Both the position numbers and the translations under genes were made by a program. This document shows, in pieces, positions 1 to 13,262 of a DNA stretch of 64,000 nt (position 1 is the first letter of the stretch; each line of letters opens with the position of its first letter). Where the stretch lies: positions 19,394,754 to 19,458,753 of the forward strand of contig OZ316896.1 of the NCBI GenBank assembly GCA_973895155.1, given 5' to 3'. The notes under the pieces are model-generated. The model made no database searches. It had not been told where the DNA came from and was given only the letters and a program-made list of their open reading frames with translations. The stretch is from Marsupella aquatica (Eukaryota; Plantae; Marchantiophyta).

Positions 1-3000
1 GTTGACTAAAATCTAATAGGATTTTGGTCTATCAGCTACAGTGTTCATAAATCAGGATTGGGTGGTGAGTTAAGAAAATCAGTGTGAGAAGATATGGCTT
101 ACCTAGTCAAAAGTTAGCTATGTAAGAACTGGCAAGGGCAACCTTCTCCTCCAAACAAATTGTTCCTACAATTGTCTGGGTTGGGGCTAATGTGGTGATG
201 TTCACCAATAGAAAAATAGAAATATTTGTCAATAAAAAAACCACTACGGTCATCCTAGAATAGTTTTATCTAGAAAGGAGAGAACATTATGGTACTATGT
301 CCAAGTATAGTGACAAAATAATTCATTAATTTTTTTTCAAGAAGGGGACGTGAGGCTTGCCAAAACTGGGGCCAAAACCAAGGATCGAGGAACTCAACTA
401 CACTACCACTTAGCTTTGGTGTCACTGACTCCAAAGCCGAGCTCCCCTATGGTCCAGGCCTACAGAACAGCCACCCGGTAGGGACTAAGTATGGGGAGAC
501 TAGAGGGCAAGGAAGCGTTGCACTAGCAATGACGCCCAATGCGCTGAGCTAGTGACGCACGCTAAGGACCTAGACTAGCATTGAGAGCTGGTTGGGTCAT
601 GGGAAGGACTGAGCTCAGGGTAAACCATCCGGACCCTAGATGTACTTTGAGTTATGAAGGCTTGAGTGAGAGCTCATCTTGGGCCCAAGGCCAAAGAAGT
701 TGACTTCATGCACAACCCGAGTGTCCAAACCATCGAGTGTCCAAACCATGTACACTCACTGCCTAAACCCTAAGCGAAAGCCAGCCCAACCCTAGATTTT
801 GGTTCAAATAGAACTTTGAGTTCTTTGTAAAATCTCACTTCCAATTTCTGCGAGGGTTTTGCCCTTGGACCATGGCTACACGGCCTCCTCCCTGTCCCTG
901 CTGAGGTTTCACGGGTTTAAATTGCGAGACCTCAGTTTTGGAATCTGGCTTTTGAAATTTTTCTTAGTGAGCTGAATGTCGTTTTTAGCAGGTACACTTG
1001 ATGGTATGCGGTTAGCTGTGAAGGTGCATAAGGGACGGATCCCACAAGGGAGTCCCACTCAACGAGAGCTGAACTGGGCCAACTTGGAGGTGATTGTTTG
1101 TCTTTCCTAGGCACCAGCCACAGCTTCGATCGAAATTTGGCTGGTAAACTTTTTCATCTCATCTCATTGTGTGCAGTGGATTATCCACCTTGGTCAGAAC
1201 ATCAGTCTCTCCTTCGCTTACGTGCATTCTCAGGTGTTTTAGTTAGGGCCTTTTCCATTCGAGTGCAGCTGTTAAAAGATGGCATCGCTCTGTCCTAGCT
1301 GTGCTCTGCCGTTTCTGAAGCTAACTTGGAATGCCATACTTGCCGCTCGCATTTCTTTCTAGCTGCAACTTGTGTCTCAGGAATGGTTTTGAGAATGAGG
1401 CTGATCTACGTAGGATGGAATTAATCCCCGATAGCCCCTTCCACCAGTTGCATCACGTTACGCCAAAGTTACAGATATAGGAGGTGATCCAGGCTTGCTG
1501 CTGAAAAAGCAAGGAGGAACACAAAAGAGTGATATGCTGGGTAGATGGAAGACGATCTGAGAAGGTAGGAGGACAGAAGCAGACCCTGAGACTAGAGAAG
1601 ATCTGAAGATGTCGGAGATCCTTGTTTCAGCACTTTCTTCCATTCAAGAGAAGCTCGATGTAACGTTTATGAATATGATGTATGATTTCTCTCACTACGT
1701 GTTCAGGTTGAGCTGTCTCGTTTGGACGTGGTGGCTTTTGGATTTTGGAATTTGGAATTTGTATTTTATTGTTTGTTTTGGTGGGTTTTAAAATATCTTT
1801 GTCAATCTTGTTTTTCATCCAAGCTACAAAATTCTGGAGCAGGTTAGGTCACTTTGTAACACTGATTTTGAGCATGATTGACCTGTTATTTGTTATCTGA
1901 CTTCAATGAAAATCATACTGTCCCTGTTTTCTGATCGAATATCAGCAAATTCTGCCACAGTAGACCTCAACGCTTTCCCCGGGGAGACAGGTGGATCTCT
2001 CATTTAGTCCCATCTCTCCTCTATTGCTGATACTGCTCACTTACCTGGACTGCATTCTCTGAAGACATGCGCCATTACTGTCGGAGTTGTGAAAACAGAG
2101 AGAAAAGCTGCAGTCAGTGCCTTATAACCAGCTTGAAGTGGGTCTATTGACAATGGTCTGGGATCGTCGAGAGAGTGGGTTTTTGTCATTGCTTTCAGAG
2201 ACCAGCTGGGATCTCTACAGAGATGAATTTAGCCTTGCCACTCAGGATTGAAGCGAGGAAGGTTTAGAAGTGATTGCTACTGAGGGAAGAAATGAACTAC
2301 TGAAAGCCTGAAGAAGTGAAGGGACTGGGATCACTGAAAGGAAACCACGTTTTGTGCGCTTAGAACTTAAATTTTATTCTGTTGCCTTCTTGGGCACCTT
2401 CTGCCTGCCACCAAAAACAAACTGGGTAGCCGCGTTTTCCTCGTCCTCGCTTTCGTTCTAAGCGGGGTTCTAAGCAAATAGCAGCTCTGTTGAAGTTTGC
2501 AATTCTGACTAGGATAAAGTCAGAGGGTCTCCATCGAGGGTTCTCTGACTACAGATGGTGATTAGGAGTAAGTTGCTGAAAATATTCCACCCAGCGTAAG
2601 GAAAGATTAGATGAGAAGCAACGTACTTTACGGAGTACCTTTCAATTAAATTTGTTGTTTTATGAGCGAATGGAAGCGAAATCCATCAATTGACATCTTC
2701 TTTTTGACCCAGCAGTTGACATAATCGGTACGCTTGGCACGTAACATGTCAATTGGCAAATGTGAATCATGGATTATCACAGTGAGAGATCACTGCTCTA
2801 CGAGGGCAATGCTGCAGGCTCGCAAGCCTGTAACTAAAGCCAGGATAAACAATCACCAGCCTACTTTGCGTAATACTACCACTTGCTATTGAGGCAGCTG
2901 GTCTCTTACTCAGGAAATGGAAGGGAAGTCCACCAAATTGACGTAGTCACTTTTTCTTGGTTGGGTTTCAAAATTATAGATGAAGCAGACGAACAAACAG

Positions 3001-5119
3001 AAAACGGCGGCCGAGAACCTTTTACTTCGTCACCAGACGAGACAACAGGAAAGGAATAAGCGACCGGGTTTTGGTGTGTGTGACTTGTTCAGTGGAAGCG
3101 ACAAGTCGGGGGCCATGATTCCATCTGAAAGCAACCACGGCAATTGGACACACCAGTTGACGTAATCCGTGATGTTGATTTCATTCACTAGCTTGCCACC
3201 GAGCATGTCGTCAATTGGCAAATGTCTATTACGCTGTCCACCGGGGCAAGGTGGCAGGCCCCAGGTAAGTCCGGGACAACAAGTTATACAGTTTTTGACT
3301 ACTTCTTGACAACTAGTATTTATGAGAAAATTCATGTCACAATGCAGCAGAACACAATATTGCTCAAGGTCTGACACAGGGAAAGAGTCAACTGTACAGA
3401 ATCTGTGCATCTTGAGCCAGCGAACAAAGGAATTTAACACAGATCATGAAAGGTAACGAAACTGCAACTCCAAAAATGAAAGATTGTGTTAACAGAGCAG
3501 AACAGGATTGTCATGCCCTCTCATTCTGGTGATTGCGCCGCCACGTTAAGTGTCATTTTTTTACGTAGCTCAATGTGACAATAAGCGATGACATAGTGAG
3601 TGAGCAAACGTGATGATACGCGATGACATATCCTCCCGCATATACTGCGAACAATCAGTGATCTGGGCATCGATAACCGATAAGGACCTGTACTGTTTCG
3701 ATGGCAGAGGACTGACATTTGTGGCTTTACATAATGTTTTTCCAAGAATTAGCTGAAATACTCTCAGCAATCGGTAAAGGGACCCATCAACTCTAATCTG
3801 GAAGCCATCAAACTGGGCCTACAGTACTTATAGAGTACCTCCACACACCTAATGTTCGTTTTTAGTACATAGTCAGTGACGCCACAACGTACCTCCAGAG
3901 TGCCTTTCTACCTGAGAAGACAACTCTGAGCCTGTATACGTCCACCTCCAAATTCCGCGTATTACTTCTTATTGATCGCCTCTTACTGTCAGCTCTTCTG
4001 TACATTGACTTCCTGTTGCGCCTTTTGTACCAGCTTCTTGTTGAAACTAATTAAGACTATTTAAGATGCTCCCGAATGATACAGGTTATTGAATCGATCA
4101 TATTGTGGTGACAATCCGTTAGTGGTGCAGGTTGGCGTCTCTATGCACTATCTACAGGGAAGGGTGTTCGCTTTTTTCTCCTTTCTCGAGAGAAATTTTG
4201 ATTAATTGGAATTGTTCGTTCCAGGGGAGTACTCACGACAGAATGCCTGCATTGGCGCATTTCGGCAGTCTTTCTTGTTAGAGCACCCACACAATACAAC
4301 AGAAAAGGTTGAAAAGCAGTTTGACTTCCAGAATGTGATCATGGGACGATTCTAATGCCAAGAATTGAACGTGTTGTCTCCAAGCGCATCAGACCTGCAA
4401 ATTTTTGAAGTGGGCGAATAGATCTTCTTTGTAGCTAGCAAATTGAATGAAGCTAGCGACAAGGAGAGGAATTTGAAGCATGGTTCGAGAAGTTGAAATG
4501 TGGCTTCAAACGAGCTCGATATTAAGTTGCAGCTGGAGCACTCTTTGCGGATAACCACAGAGGATCGAATATTTGAGAATGTCAAAACCTTTTGTACATA
4601 TTGACCATTGATTCCGAATGAAGCAGAAAGTGCTGAGCTACTGATTCTCTCTAAGAACTCTGGCGCTGAGAAGATTCTACTGTTTTAAGCTTCCTTGCCA
4701 AAATGAGAGGCATATGTCAGTCGGACTTAAATTCCGTGGGAGCCCTTGCCAACATGCTAAAGAAGCCAGCCTTTACGAAGTAATCACAACTAGCTAGGTA
4801 CAAGCCAAGTAGGGAGGAATTTCTACAATAAGTCAATGAAAATATCGCGAAGGTTGACACGTATGTTGTGTCCAGATTACCAAATTAAGGTCGGAAAGAG
4901 ATTCGAAGTGCACCGACTAGTGATCAATGTTCATTATGTTGTGACATCATATTACTTTACTATTATTTTTCCTTGAATACGGAAAGCTAGCTCACGTTTC
5001 CAATAGAGGATAGGGGATAACTACTGAGAAGCACCTCTGTAGGGTAGCCCACAAGGGGATCATACCCAATACGAAGAGGGAGAGAGGGTTGGACCAGAGC
5101 CCCACAGACGACAAGCCAG

Positions 5120-5410
5120 GGGTTGAGAAGAAACCAGGACTCCCAACAACCTTTGCATGTGGAAGGGATTAAACCTGGGACAGGCCAGCTGAGGACAAAC
5201 CAGGACTCCCACCATTACACCACATTCACACTCACCCTCCACAACTCTTGCATGTGGAGGAGATTAAACCTGGGACCTCTCGATTCTAGGCTCTTCCCCT
5301 CCCACCACTTACACCCATTCACACTCACCCTCCACAACCCTTGCATGTGGAGGGGATTAAACATGGGACCTCTGGAGTCTCGATTCTAGACTCATCCCCT
5401 AGCCAACTTA
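5120..5410 (-). repeat. Short tandem array (about 3 degenerate units) of a tRNA/SINE-like unit
   Basis: Repeated TTGCATGTGGARGRGATTAAACCTGGGAC and CACACTCACCCTCCACAAC blocks. The minus strand shows A-box-like GTAAGTGGT and B-box-like GGTTTAATC motifs. Confidence 0.5.
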
Positions 5411-6919
5411 CAGTGCCAGTTGGTTAACAAGTTACTTTTTTGCATTGAAGCTTTCAATTGAACATACTACGACGAATGTGGCTGACGTAATGAGACAAAG
5501 CCCAACGTGAACGACAACTCCACAAGGGTCAAATGACTCAGCGTGCCGGGGAATCAACTGAATTGTTTTTAATGAACAACGAGATAACGTAGGGACACGG
5601 ATGTTAGCGACAACTGTCAACTAGTTTCTCTTGAACCCAGGATATTTCAGTAGCTTCACAGTGGCAGTTCACTCTACCCTGGTTAACACTCAATTGTACC
5701 TTCCTGGCAGTTTATAATCGTCGAAAATATTGATACCACTTGTGTGGACTAATTTTTCATTCATAATTCAATGAAGAATGCATGGCCCAATGCCAGACAC
5801 TTCGCACTGAGAAATTGTGTTGCTGACTCGTTCGACTCACAATTGTCGTGACGTACTTGGATGATGTTGATATCCAACTTGTTGCCTTTAACGATATTTA
5901 ATTATACCGAGTAAATTTAGATATGCTGCGGGACTGTAACGGTAAGACAAGTTCGATGCACTAGCAGCCAGGCGGAAACAAATCATGAACAGAAACGAGC
6001 AAAAACCGGACAAATAACCTGTAGAAGGAAGAAACGGGGCATCAATAACACTGTACTATACTCCAATTTCGGTTTGTAACAAATACTCCCTTTGAAGCTT
6101 CATTTGTAGATCGGATGCGTTTTATCGCCAACAATCTGGTCAGAGAGCATTGTGGGCCATAACTCCCCAAACAAGGGACTAGCTCGAGTTTTGACAGTAC
6201 TATCGTTGTCCTAGTAAGATATTTCATCTTACTATTTTTTCTAACATTGGAGAAGACGTTTCATAATTCCTCTATCCAAATCTGGCACATTCTTCTCCAT
6301 AAAAGCAAACCAGATTACAAAGAGTAATATCAAGTCGGGCATCTAGTTTTCGGGAAAACAACTAAAATTAGAATACAGAAATCCACTAGTGCACAGCTTT
6401 TTGGGAAAAACGAGCGAGAGTATAGGCCGGTCAATTGGCCAGAAAGTTTGCGAAAAAGGTTTGGCTGTATAGCTCCTGTTCTAGAATTTATTTATATGTA
6501 GTAGTAATTAAACAGCCAGCAACAGCGAAGGCCGAACGTGAGCTATACTACGTAGCAGACAACGATCAATTTCTGAATTAAAGATCCAAGATTGTTAACT
6601 AAATTTCTCAATCAGTGATGACAGGGAAATTCCGAACTATCGTTATGTACTTGTCTCACTTTGTCGAACTAGCCTTGCATTCTATTTCCTTCTATAAATC
6701 ATGCGAATCACATTCAATGCCGTCGCGCCTGCTCCTTAGCCTGCTCCATTAGTTGGTGGCTGTCGGTAGCCAGTAGTTGCAGGTTCGATGCCCGAAAAAT
6801 GAAACTGAATACCTTTAAAAAACAGTTGTAGACATCCTGCAGTCCATGGGCTAATGGTAGAATTCGAGTGGGGGTGACTCAGGTGTTGGGTCCAAAGCTC
6901 ATAGTCAGCATTTTTCCAC

Positions 6920-7125
6920 ATGCTCCCCAAAAGTGGGGCTCCGAGAACTCTATTTATACTCGGAATTTTTTTTATTGCAAGAGGGTTTCCACATATAATC
7001 CCCCAAAAGTTTATTCCGGCACATGCCCCCCAAAAGTGGGGTTCAGTGGCCTTTACTTTCTCAGGACTTTTTTTGGTTCCAGCAGAGTTTACATACATAA
7101 TCTCCCAAAAGTGGGGTTCAGCAGC
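6920..7125. repeat. Degenerate tandem repeat with a CCCCAAAAGTGGGG core (about 4 copies)
   Basis: Core motif at ~6925, ~7001 (partial), ~7028 and ~7104, spaced about 75-100 bp apart. Confidence 0.55.
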
Positions 7126-8089
7126 TTCTCGTGACACTCAGAACTTCCCTGTCAATAATCACTAAAATCCAAAAGAGCTACATAACACTATTAAATGGTG
7201 CACATGTTACATTGGAAGTGAGTTGCATTCTCGTGTCTACATGTGAGGACGAATGTATCGACCCGTTCAATTTTCGGGTCTAGTTATTCGAGCCGCTTAT
7301 GTCACGAAATAGTGTCGAAATCGTTCAAAAGATTCTGACCCGTCGTTTGCTAGACCTCGTGCCGTAGCTATATTGCAGCGAAGGACGGTAATCGAAATTC
7401 GCCATACCGTCGAACGATGGCGAATTTGCACAATTCTTATTTGTACTTTTATGGACGATTGCTTCCGATTAATTTTCAAGATCATGTTGTTCGATCAGAC
7501 CTCTTCTGTGATTTCTCTGTTGTACACAGCACAGAAAGATTCAACTACACTATCATTGTTTAGACGACATTATAGCTGTGAACTGGACGAAAGGTCTTAT
7601 CAGGCTTTCTATGTCCAATTCAGAGTCCACAGATCGTTTCCTTACCTTGTGCAGTATCTGCGAATTGTTTCAAACGGCTATTTCCAGCATCAAACGTCTC
7701 AACTCGCCGAACACATTTATGTATTGAAAGGGAATAGTATCACAACGACGGTGTATAGACCAGCAAGAGAAGAGACCAAGAAACCTTCATAGCCGAGAAG
7801 AGATCGATTCAAGAGTGGTAGAGTTGAAAAGCTGGCGAGTCCATAGCTACGGCTGTGGATACGTAATCAAAGTTCCACATGAGACAGCTCATTGCCGAAA
7901 ATTTCAATCAAAGATCGTGCTAATTGGTTTTATACGATGCAATTAAGCTGGTATGAACAACATTTAGTTATTTTATTATCCGTAACACTGCGATTCTAAT
8001 AATTTCTCCCCCCATGATATACAAAGGGTGCTCAAATTCGGACCGCAAGAATTCTGTACATAGTCGATGGTAACAGCAACAATCCTTGC

Positions 8090-8345
8090 TATAGTCGACG
8101 TTCACAGCAACACCCCTTGCTGGTTTGCTGCACTGTGGGCATAGCTATAGCTTTCAAAACGGACACCTCGACTGTCAAGCCTGGTCCAAAGGCTAAAAAC
8201 ATTTCCCTCAGAGCTCCTTAGAACTCTCTTTGTTATGCAGTTTCTCTCAACGATCAGATAATCTAGGATGAACGGCAGAGCGCCACATCCCTGGTGGCTT
8301 TCATCGTCTCGAACTTCAAACTCATTGAGGATGGCACGAAGTAAC
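8090..8345 (-). pseudogene. Decayed tandem duplicate of the PKS C-terminal ~85 codons, immediately downstream of the PKS1 stop
   Basis: Minus-strand pieces translate as RAILNE, SLKFETMKATRDV, FILD, ERNCIT and [17 protein letters not shown]. These match PKS1 [46 protein letters not shown], with deletions and frameshifts. Confidence 0.85.
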
Positions 8346-8363
8346 CATATGTTGCTAGGAAAG

Positions 8364-9530
8364 TTATTCTATGGGCCTGGCAATAGCTTTCAGCACGGAT
8401 ACCTCGACTGTCAAGCCGGGTCCGAAGGCTACGACGATTCCCCACTCAGCTCCTTCTCCGGTTGTCGTGCAGTTCTTCTCCGTCGACAGATTTCTCATTT
8501 GGTCCAGAACGAACAGCACACTCGCGCCAGACATATTGCCGTAGTCGTAGAGAACATCCCTAGTAGCTTTCAGCTTCTCGGGCTTCAAGCTGAGGGCCTT
8601 CTCCAGCTCATCGAGGATTGCACGACCTCCAGGATGCACACACCAGAAAATATCGTTCCAGCCAGGATTCCCAGTCATTTGAGACTGAGCAGCATTGAAT
8701 ATCGGTAGTGTATTCCTTGAAATGATGCCGGGAACGTCCTTCAGCAGATGAAACATCAGACCAGCTTGGGTCAGGCGCCCTTCGATCGCACCATCACTCT
8801 CGGGTAGGATGGTTTCTCCCGACCAATGGATTTCAAAAAGTGGTCTCTCCACTTTCAGGGGATCAGAGCCGATGATAAGAACTGAGGATCCGTCACCGAA
8901 GATGGCCGACCCGACCAAGTTGTCCATATGCTCCTCGCTCGGGGCCCTGAATGTCACACAAGTGAGCTCGCTCACAACTGTGAGAACCCGTGCGCCTTTG
9001 TTGTTCTCGGCCAAGTCCTTCGCCACACGGAGGACAGTGGCTCCCCCGAAGCATCCTTGCTGATACAGCATGGTTCGCTTCACCGAGGGCTCAAGACCAA
9101 GGAGTCTGGTGAGTGTGAGATCCGCTCCAGGCATGTTGACTCCGCTGGTGGTCGCAAAAACGACGTGGGTAATCTGGTCCCTGGGTTGGCCCCATTCCTT
9201 GAGAGCCTGCTCCGCTGCCTTTGCTGCCAGCCGAGGTACCTCTTTGATCGCTATGTCCTGACGACAATCCAGAGAGGCATCCTTGTAGGTACACATCGAC
9301 GGATTGGCCTTGAGAACCTCCTCCGTGCAATGGAAGTACCTCTGCTGGATTCCAGAGTTTTTGCAGATACGTGCAAACTTGGCCTTCAGCGCCGTCTTCT
9401 CATTGCAGTTGGTGATATCGAAATAGAAATCGGGGTACTCACTCTGAGGATACGCAGTGGGGGGAACAGCTTTCCCAATTGCGAGCACGACAGCTGGCCC
9501 TTCAGCCCTCTGATGCTTGTAGTCGGCCAT
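8364..9530 (-). CDS. Type III polyketide synthase, chalcone synthase/stilbenecarboxylate synthase-like (PKS1), 388 aa, intronless
   Basis: Catalytic Cys-His-Asn triad (QQGCFGG, VHPGG, YGNMS), FGDG and FGPG motifs. ATG at 9530 gives the same length as paralog PKS2. N-terminal RAEGPA motif typical of the CHS family. Confidence 0.95.
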   Translation of the reverse strand: MADYKHQRAEGPAVVLAIGKAVPPTAYPQSEYPDFYFDITNCNEKTALKAKFARICKNSGIQQRYFHCTEEVLKANPSMCTYKDASLDCRQDIAIKEVPRLAAKAAEQALKEWGQPRDQITHVVFATTSGVNMPGADLTLTRLLGLEPSVKRTMLYQQGCFGGATVLRVAKDLAENNKGARVLTVVSELTCVTFRAPSEEHMDNLVGSAIFGDGSSVLIIGSDPLKVERPLFEIHWSGETILPESDGAIEGRLTQAGLMFHLLKDVPGIISRNTLPIFNAAQSQMTGNPGWNDIFWCVHPGGRAILDELEKALSLKPEKLKATRDVLYDYGNMSGASVLFVLDQMRNLSTEKNCTTTGEGAEWGIVVAFGPGLTVEVSVLKAIARPIE

Positions 9531-12102
9531 GATATCAACTGTGAATGCAAGTTCAGACTTCAACTCTCACTCGCACCTTTTGATGTACGTCAAGCTGTCA
9601 GCTAGCTCGGGAATTGGATCACTCGTTTGCTGTACCCGCTACAAAATCTCACGAATACAGACTTTCTCGCAGTCGAAAACCACAGCAGTGGTCGCTTGAG
9701 TGATGGCAGAGGGTGAGCCCAGAGGAAGGCTGCTCCTGAGGAATGTGATTGCATGCAGCGATGAGTTCGCTATTTGTACCTGTTTGCGAAGTGCGCCGGG
9801 ACGAAGCTTTGTCTGGCACTCAAACTGATCGCAGATCATGGGAAGTGGCACGAGGCCATAGCCGAGCCCAGTCAACAGCCAGGTTGAGAAGGTCTTCAAA
9901 GCCCGGATCCAATGTCTCTCATCAGAGAGGTGGGAGACCTTCGAGGGTCTTGCTAGTGGTCCCATGTCGAACGGCGTGGGGGCAGGGTAATTTTGAAGGT
10001 TTTTTTTCATTTACTGGAAAGTGCCCAATCTCCCCTTGTGTCAAGGAAGATAATAATATGTTATATATCTGGTTGAGTAGATTAATTTCTGCCTTTCAGG
10101 CTCTTTTCTTTTTCCTTTTTTTCAGGGTCTTGCTGTATTCACCATCAGATTCTGGGTAATGGGGTCTTTGTGACCACTCGATCTCCCTAGATTTAAGGGT
10201 GGCCATCAAAAGACTACTTGGGTCTATGTGATCATTAGATCTTCCAAGATTTAAAAGATAAGGGATTATGTGGCCCCTCAGATTCTGGCTACTGGGGTGG
10301 CTAGGGGAAGACAAACAGCCTGCAGAAATTTTGCTGAAATGGTGGAGTTCATATGAGGCGGAAGTTGGCTAATTTTTGTCACTAAAAAAATGCTGGGTGT
10401 GACCCATTTGAGTCATGGCCACGTTGGACCCTGCAGTAGTGTCATTCTCGGTCCCATTATTGGAACAACATCGTTTTTGTTGTTGGACAAATCTGTGTAG
10501 AAGCTGGAGGGTTTCTTTTACTTTATGTGTTTACACTACTTAGTCTCTGCAACAAAGTAGTCTCACACCTAATTAGTTGCACACACAATAATTACAGGTT
10601 GGGTTTTTTTTTATTAGAAATGACAAATGGCACTATCTAATTGCTGGCACCCGGCCCCAAATTTTACAAAACCTGGAACTTAACACACGCTACTTAGAGG
10701 CAGAACTTTTTCTCTTCTTCCTGTCCATATAAGTTTGTTGGCATTATTTTTATGAAGCCCACTACTTAATCATGTAATTGATCCCCTTACAGCAAGGCAC
10801 AGATTTGACCCCAAGATCTTATGAATACACTGTAAGGGTATTAAACAACTAATGTCCTACAATACAAAATATGGTATACCACTCAAAACTCTTAATATAG
10901 AGTTCTAAGTATATCTCAATAGACAGAGTATTTTTGGATCTCCAGGGGAAGTGCTTTCCACCACTTGTGGTCACATCTTCCACTTCTATCACAAACAGGA
11001 ACATCTATATTTGCAAGAACAGATGAATATTACCAATCATGTTTGGTGCAAGGGCAACAAAAGTAACTAGACCTGAGAACCGTAAAAAAACTAGAAATTA
11101 AATTCAAAACTAAATTTGAAAATATCAAATATAGGAGGTGTAACAAAGTTGGCGGTGCACAAAGGTTACAAGAAAGGGTGCGTGCCATCAGATTTCTTTA
11201 TCAACAAATGAGATCCAAATAATGTTGATGATTGATGATGATGGTGTGCACTTACAATTTACAGTAGGTTAAGTCAGTCAACAATTCGTTTTATATTTTT
11301 GTAGTGCTACTAAGTACCTAAGTAAGCAAGCTAGGAGGTTATTAGCCATGGTGTTTTTGTCTCAAGTCCATTTGCCTCAAGAGTTTTTATACTATTGCCT
11401 ACTCAATTGCCTAGCTTGGCGGCCTACAACGTAAAGTAAACAAATTTGAAGAAAAATGTTTTGGTGACCTGCATTAACCCAATCACATGAAAGTAAGAGA
11501 TAAATTGTAGACATAGGCCATTGTTGTTGATAGATATGGGACTTCGAGGAGCTATGATGCCACCTAGATTAAATTTGGAGGGTTGATTCTTTACAAAGTG
11601 TTGAGGTATTGTATGATCATGCAAGGAGACAGTAACATGTGCTAATGAGGAGAGTATTGTTAGCTAGTCACAAGTGGTTCTTAACGTCTTCTAATTTCTG
11701 CTGAATTTTGATTTTTCTAACTTTTTTACTTAGAATACTGTATCTTCCTGCTGAGTGTGGTCTGTGACATTGTTTCCAAAACCACCACTGTCACACTCAC
11801 CACACAATGCATTGTCTCCTGACTTGTCAAAGTTGATCGACCCTAAACTCTGAAACGATTTGAACGCACAATTCATAATGTCTTCATCCAAAACTGCATA
11901 ATTACATGTGCTCCTCATTGTGTGTGACACAACATGGTCAAGGGTAGAGCAGGACTTGAAGTGACATGGTGGGTGAAGGACAAAAAACTGTGCAGTTTCT
12001 TGGTTTAGAAGAAGTATGTGTACAACTCATTAAGAGGGGGTTGATTGGGTAAAAAATGTCTCCAAGGGGCTGATCAAGTACAAATTTTCAGGTACAAGGG
12101 GG

Positions 12103-13125
12103 AGACCACCAGTTAAATCTAATAAGTCAAGTTAATGCACCCCCATTTTCCCGGGGCGCCGTACACTGCCCGTCCCAGTCCCGATGCTGTTGCTCGCTCC
12201 AGTCCGAGTTTACCAGAACATAAACCAATACTCTAACATTTTGTCATGCACTCCGGCCCAATCAACTTTGTGTCATTGACTTTGGGTTTCTGTTTTGGCA
12301 CCCATCACTTTTTTTGCCCACTCTGGCCTAATCAACTTTGTGCCATCAACTTTTTGGAAAGAAATGCTGCCAAAACATAAACCACAGCTCCATAGATCGA
12401 GAATAAGTATTTGGGACAACATAAACCAAGACTCTATTAATCTTGACTCTCAACCAAGGTATTAGGCTCCCTTTGAACACTTAGACTCTTACTATTACAT
12501 AATAGGTATGACTTCATTGGAAAAAGTGTTGCCAAAACATAAACCATGATTCCATAGAGAAGAATCATTTGGCAAAACATCAACCAACTAAAGATTCTAT
12601 CAATCATGACTCTTAACCAAAATACTAGGCATTGACTAAACACTTAGAGGATGTTACCAAGCAAGCATGACTCCTTTGGAAAGAAGTGTTGCCAAAACAT
12701 AAATAAACTCCATAGAGAATAAGTATTTGATATAACATAAACCAGACTCTATCAATCATGACTCTTAACCAAAAGACTAGGCTCCCTTGAACATTTAGAC
12801 TCTCTTACAAAGCAAGTATGACTCTCTTGGAAAGAAGTGTTGCTAGAAGATAAACCATGACTCCATAATGAAGAAGTCGATGACACAAAGTCGATGGGGC
12901 CGGAGCGCGCGACAAAATGTGACGAATGCCAAACATAAACCCAAAGTCAATGGCACAAAGTTGATCGGGCTGGAGCACGTGACAACATGTTAGAGTATTG
13001 GTTTATGTTCTGGTAAACTTGAGCCAGAACGGGCAACGGCGTCGGGGATTGGGACAGGCAGTGTATGGTGCCCCCGGGAAAGTGGGGGCACATTAAATTG
13101 ACGCAGATTTAACTCGGGGTGGTCT
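12103..13125. mobile_element. Non-autonomous foldback/long-TIR DNA element (~250-bp imperfect TIRs, internal direct repeats)
   Basis: 12103-12352 is an imperfect reverse complement of ~12874-13125 (e.g. TACCAGAACATAAACCAATACTCTAACAT vs ATGTTAGAGTATTGGTTTATGTTCTGGTA). Internal repeats of AAACATAAACCA and GACTCTATCAATCATGACTCTTAACCAAA. No TSD recognised. Confidence 0.8.
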
Positions 13126-13172
13126 ATTATGGATATCCCTCATTTTTCACACAAAGCAAAAAGTTCCAAACT

Positions 13173-13262
13173 TTAGAAATGACACATGTCTCGTCCTGAT
13201 CTCACCTTAGAAATGACACATGTCTTGTCCTGATCTCACCTTAAAAATGACACATGTCTCAT
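13173..13262. repeat. Tandem repeat, ~34-bp unit x2.5
   Basis: TTAGAAATGACACATGTCTYGTCCTGATCTCACC repeated. Confidence 0.8.

Noticed and set aside
900-4700. Short ORFs (e.g. 3030-3440 minus, 4352-4585) and an exon-like stretch with a GTAAGT donor near 2040
   Set aside because: No recognisable domain, frequent stops and no consistent exon chain. This may be a decayed gene or TE, but I cannot support a call.
6736-6800. tRNA-like sequence with GGTTCGATGCCC, and similar B-box motifs at ~18065 and ~20125
   Set aside because: No complete cloverleaf could be folded. Treated as SINE-like relics, not tRNA genes.
8268-9605. Plus-strand ORFs 8268-8708 and 8928-9605 (225 aa), and similar antisense ORFs over PKS2, PAL1, PAL2 and pol
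   Set aside because: These are antisense shadows of real, codon-biased CDSs.
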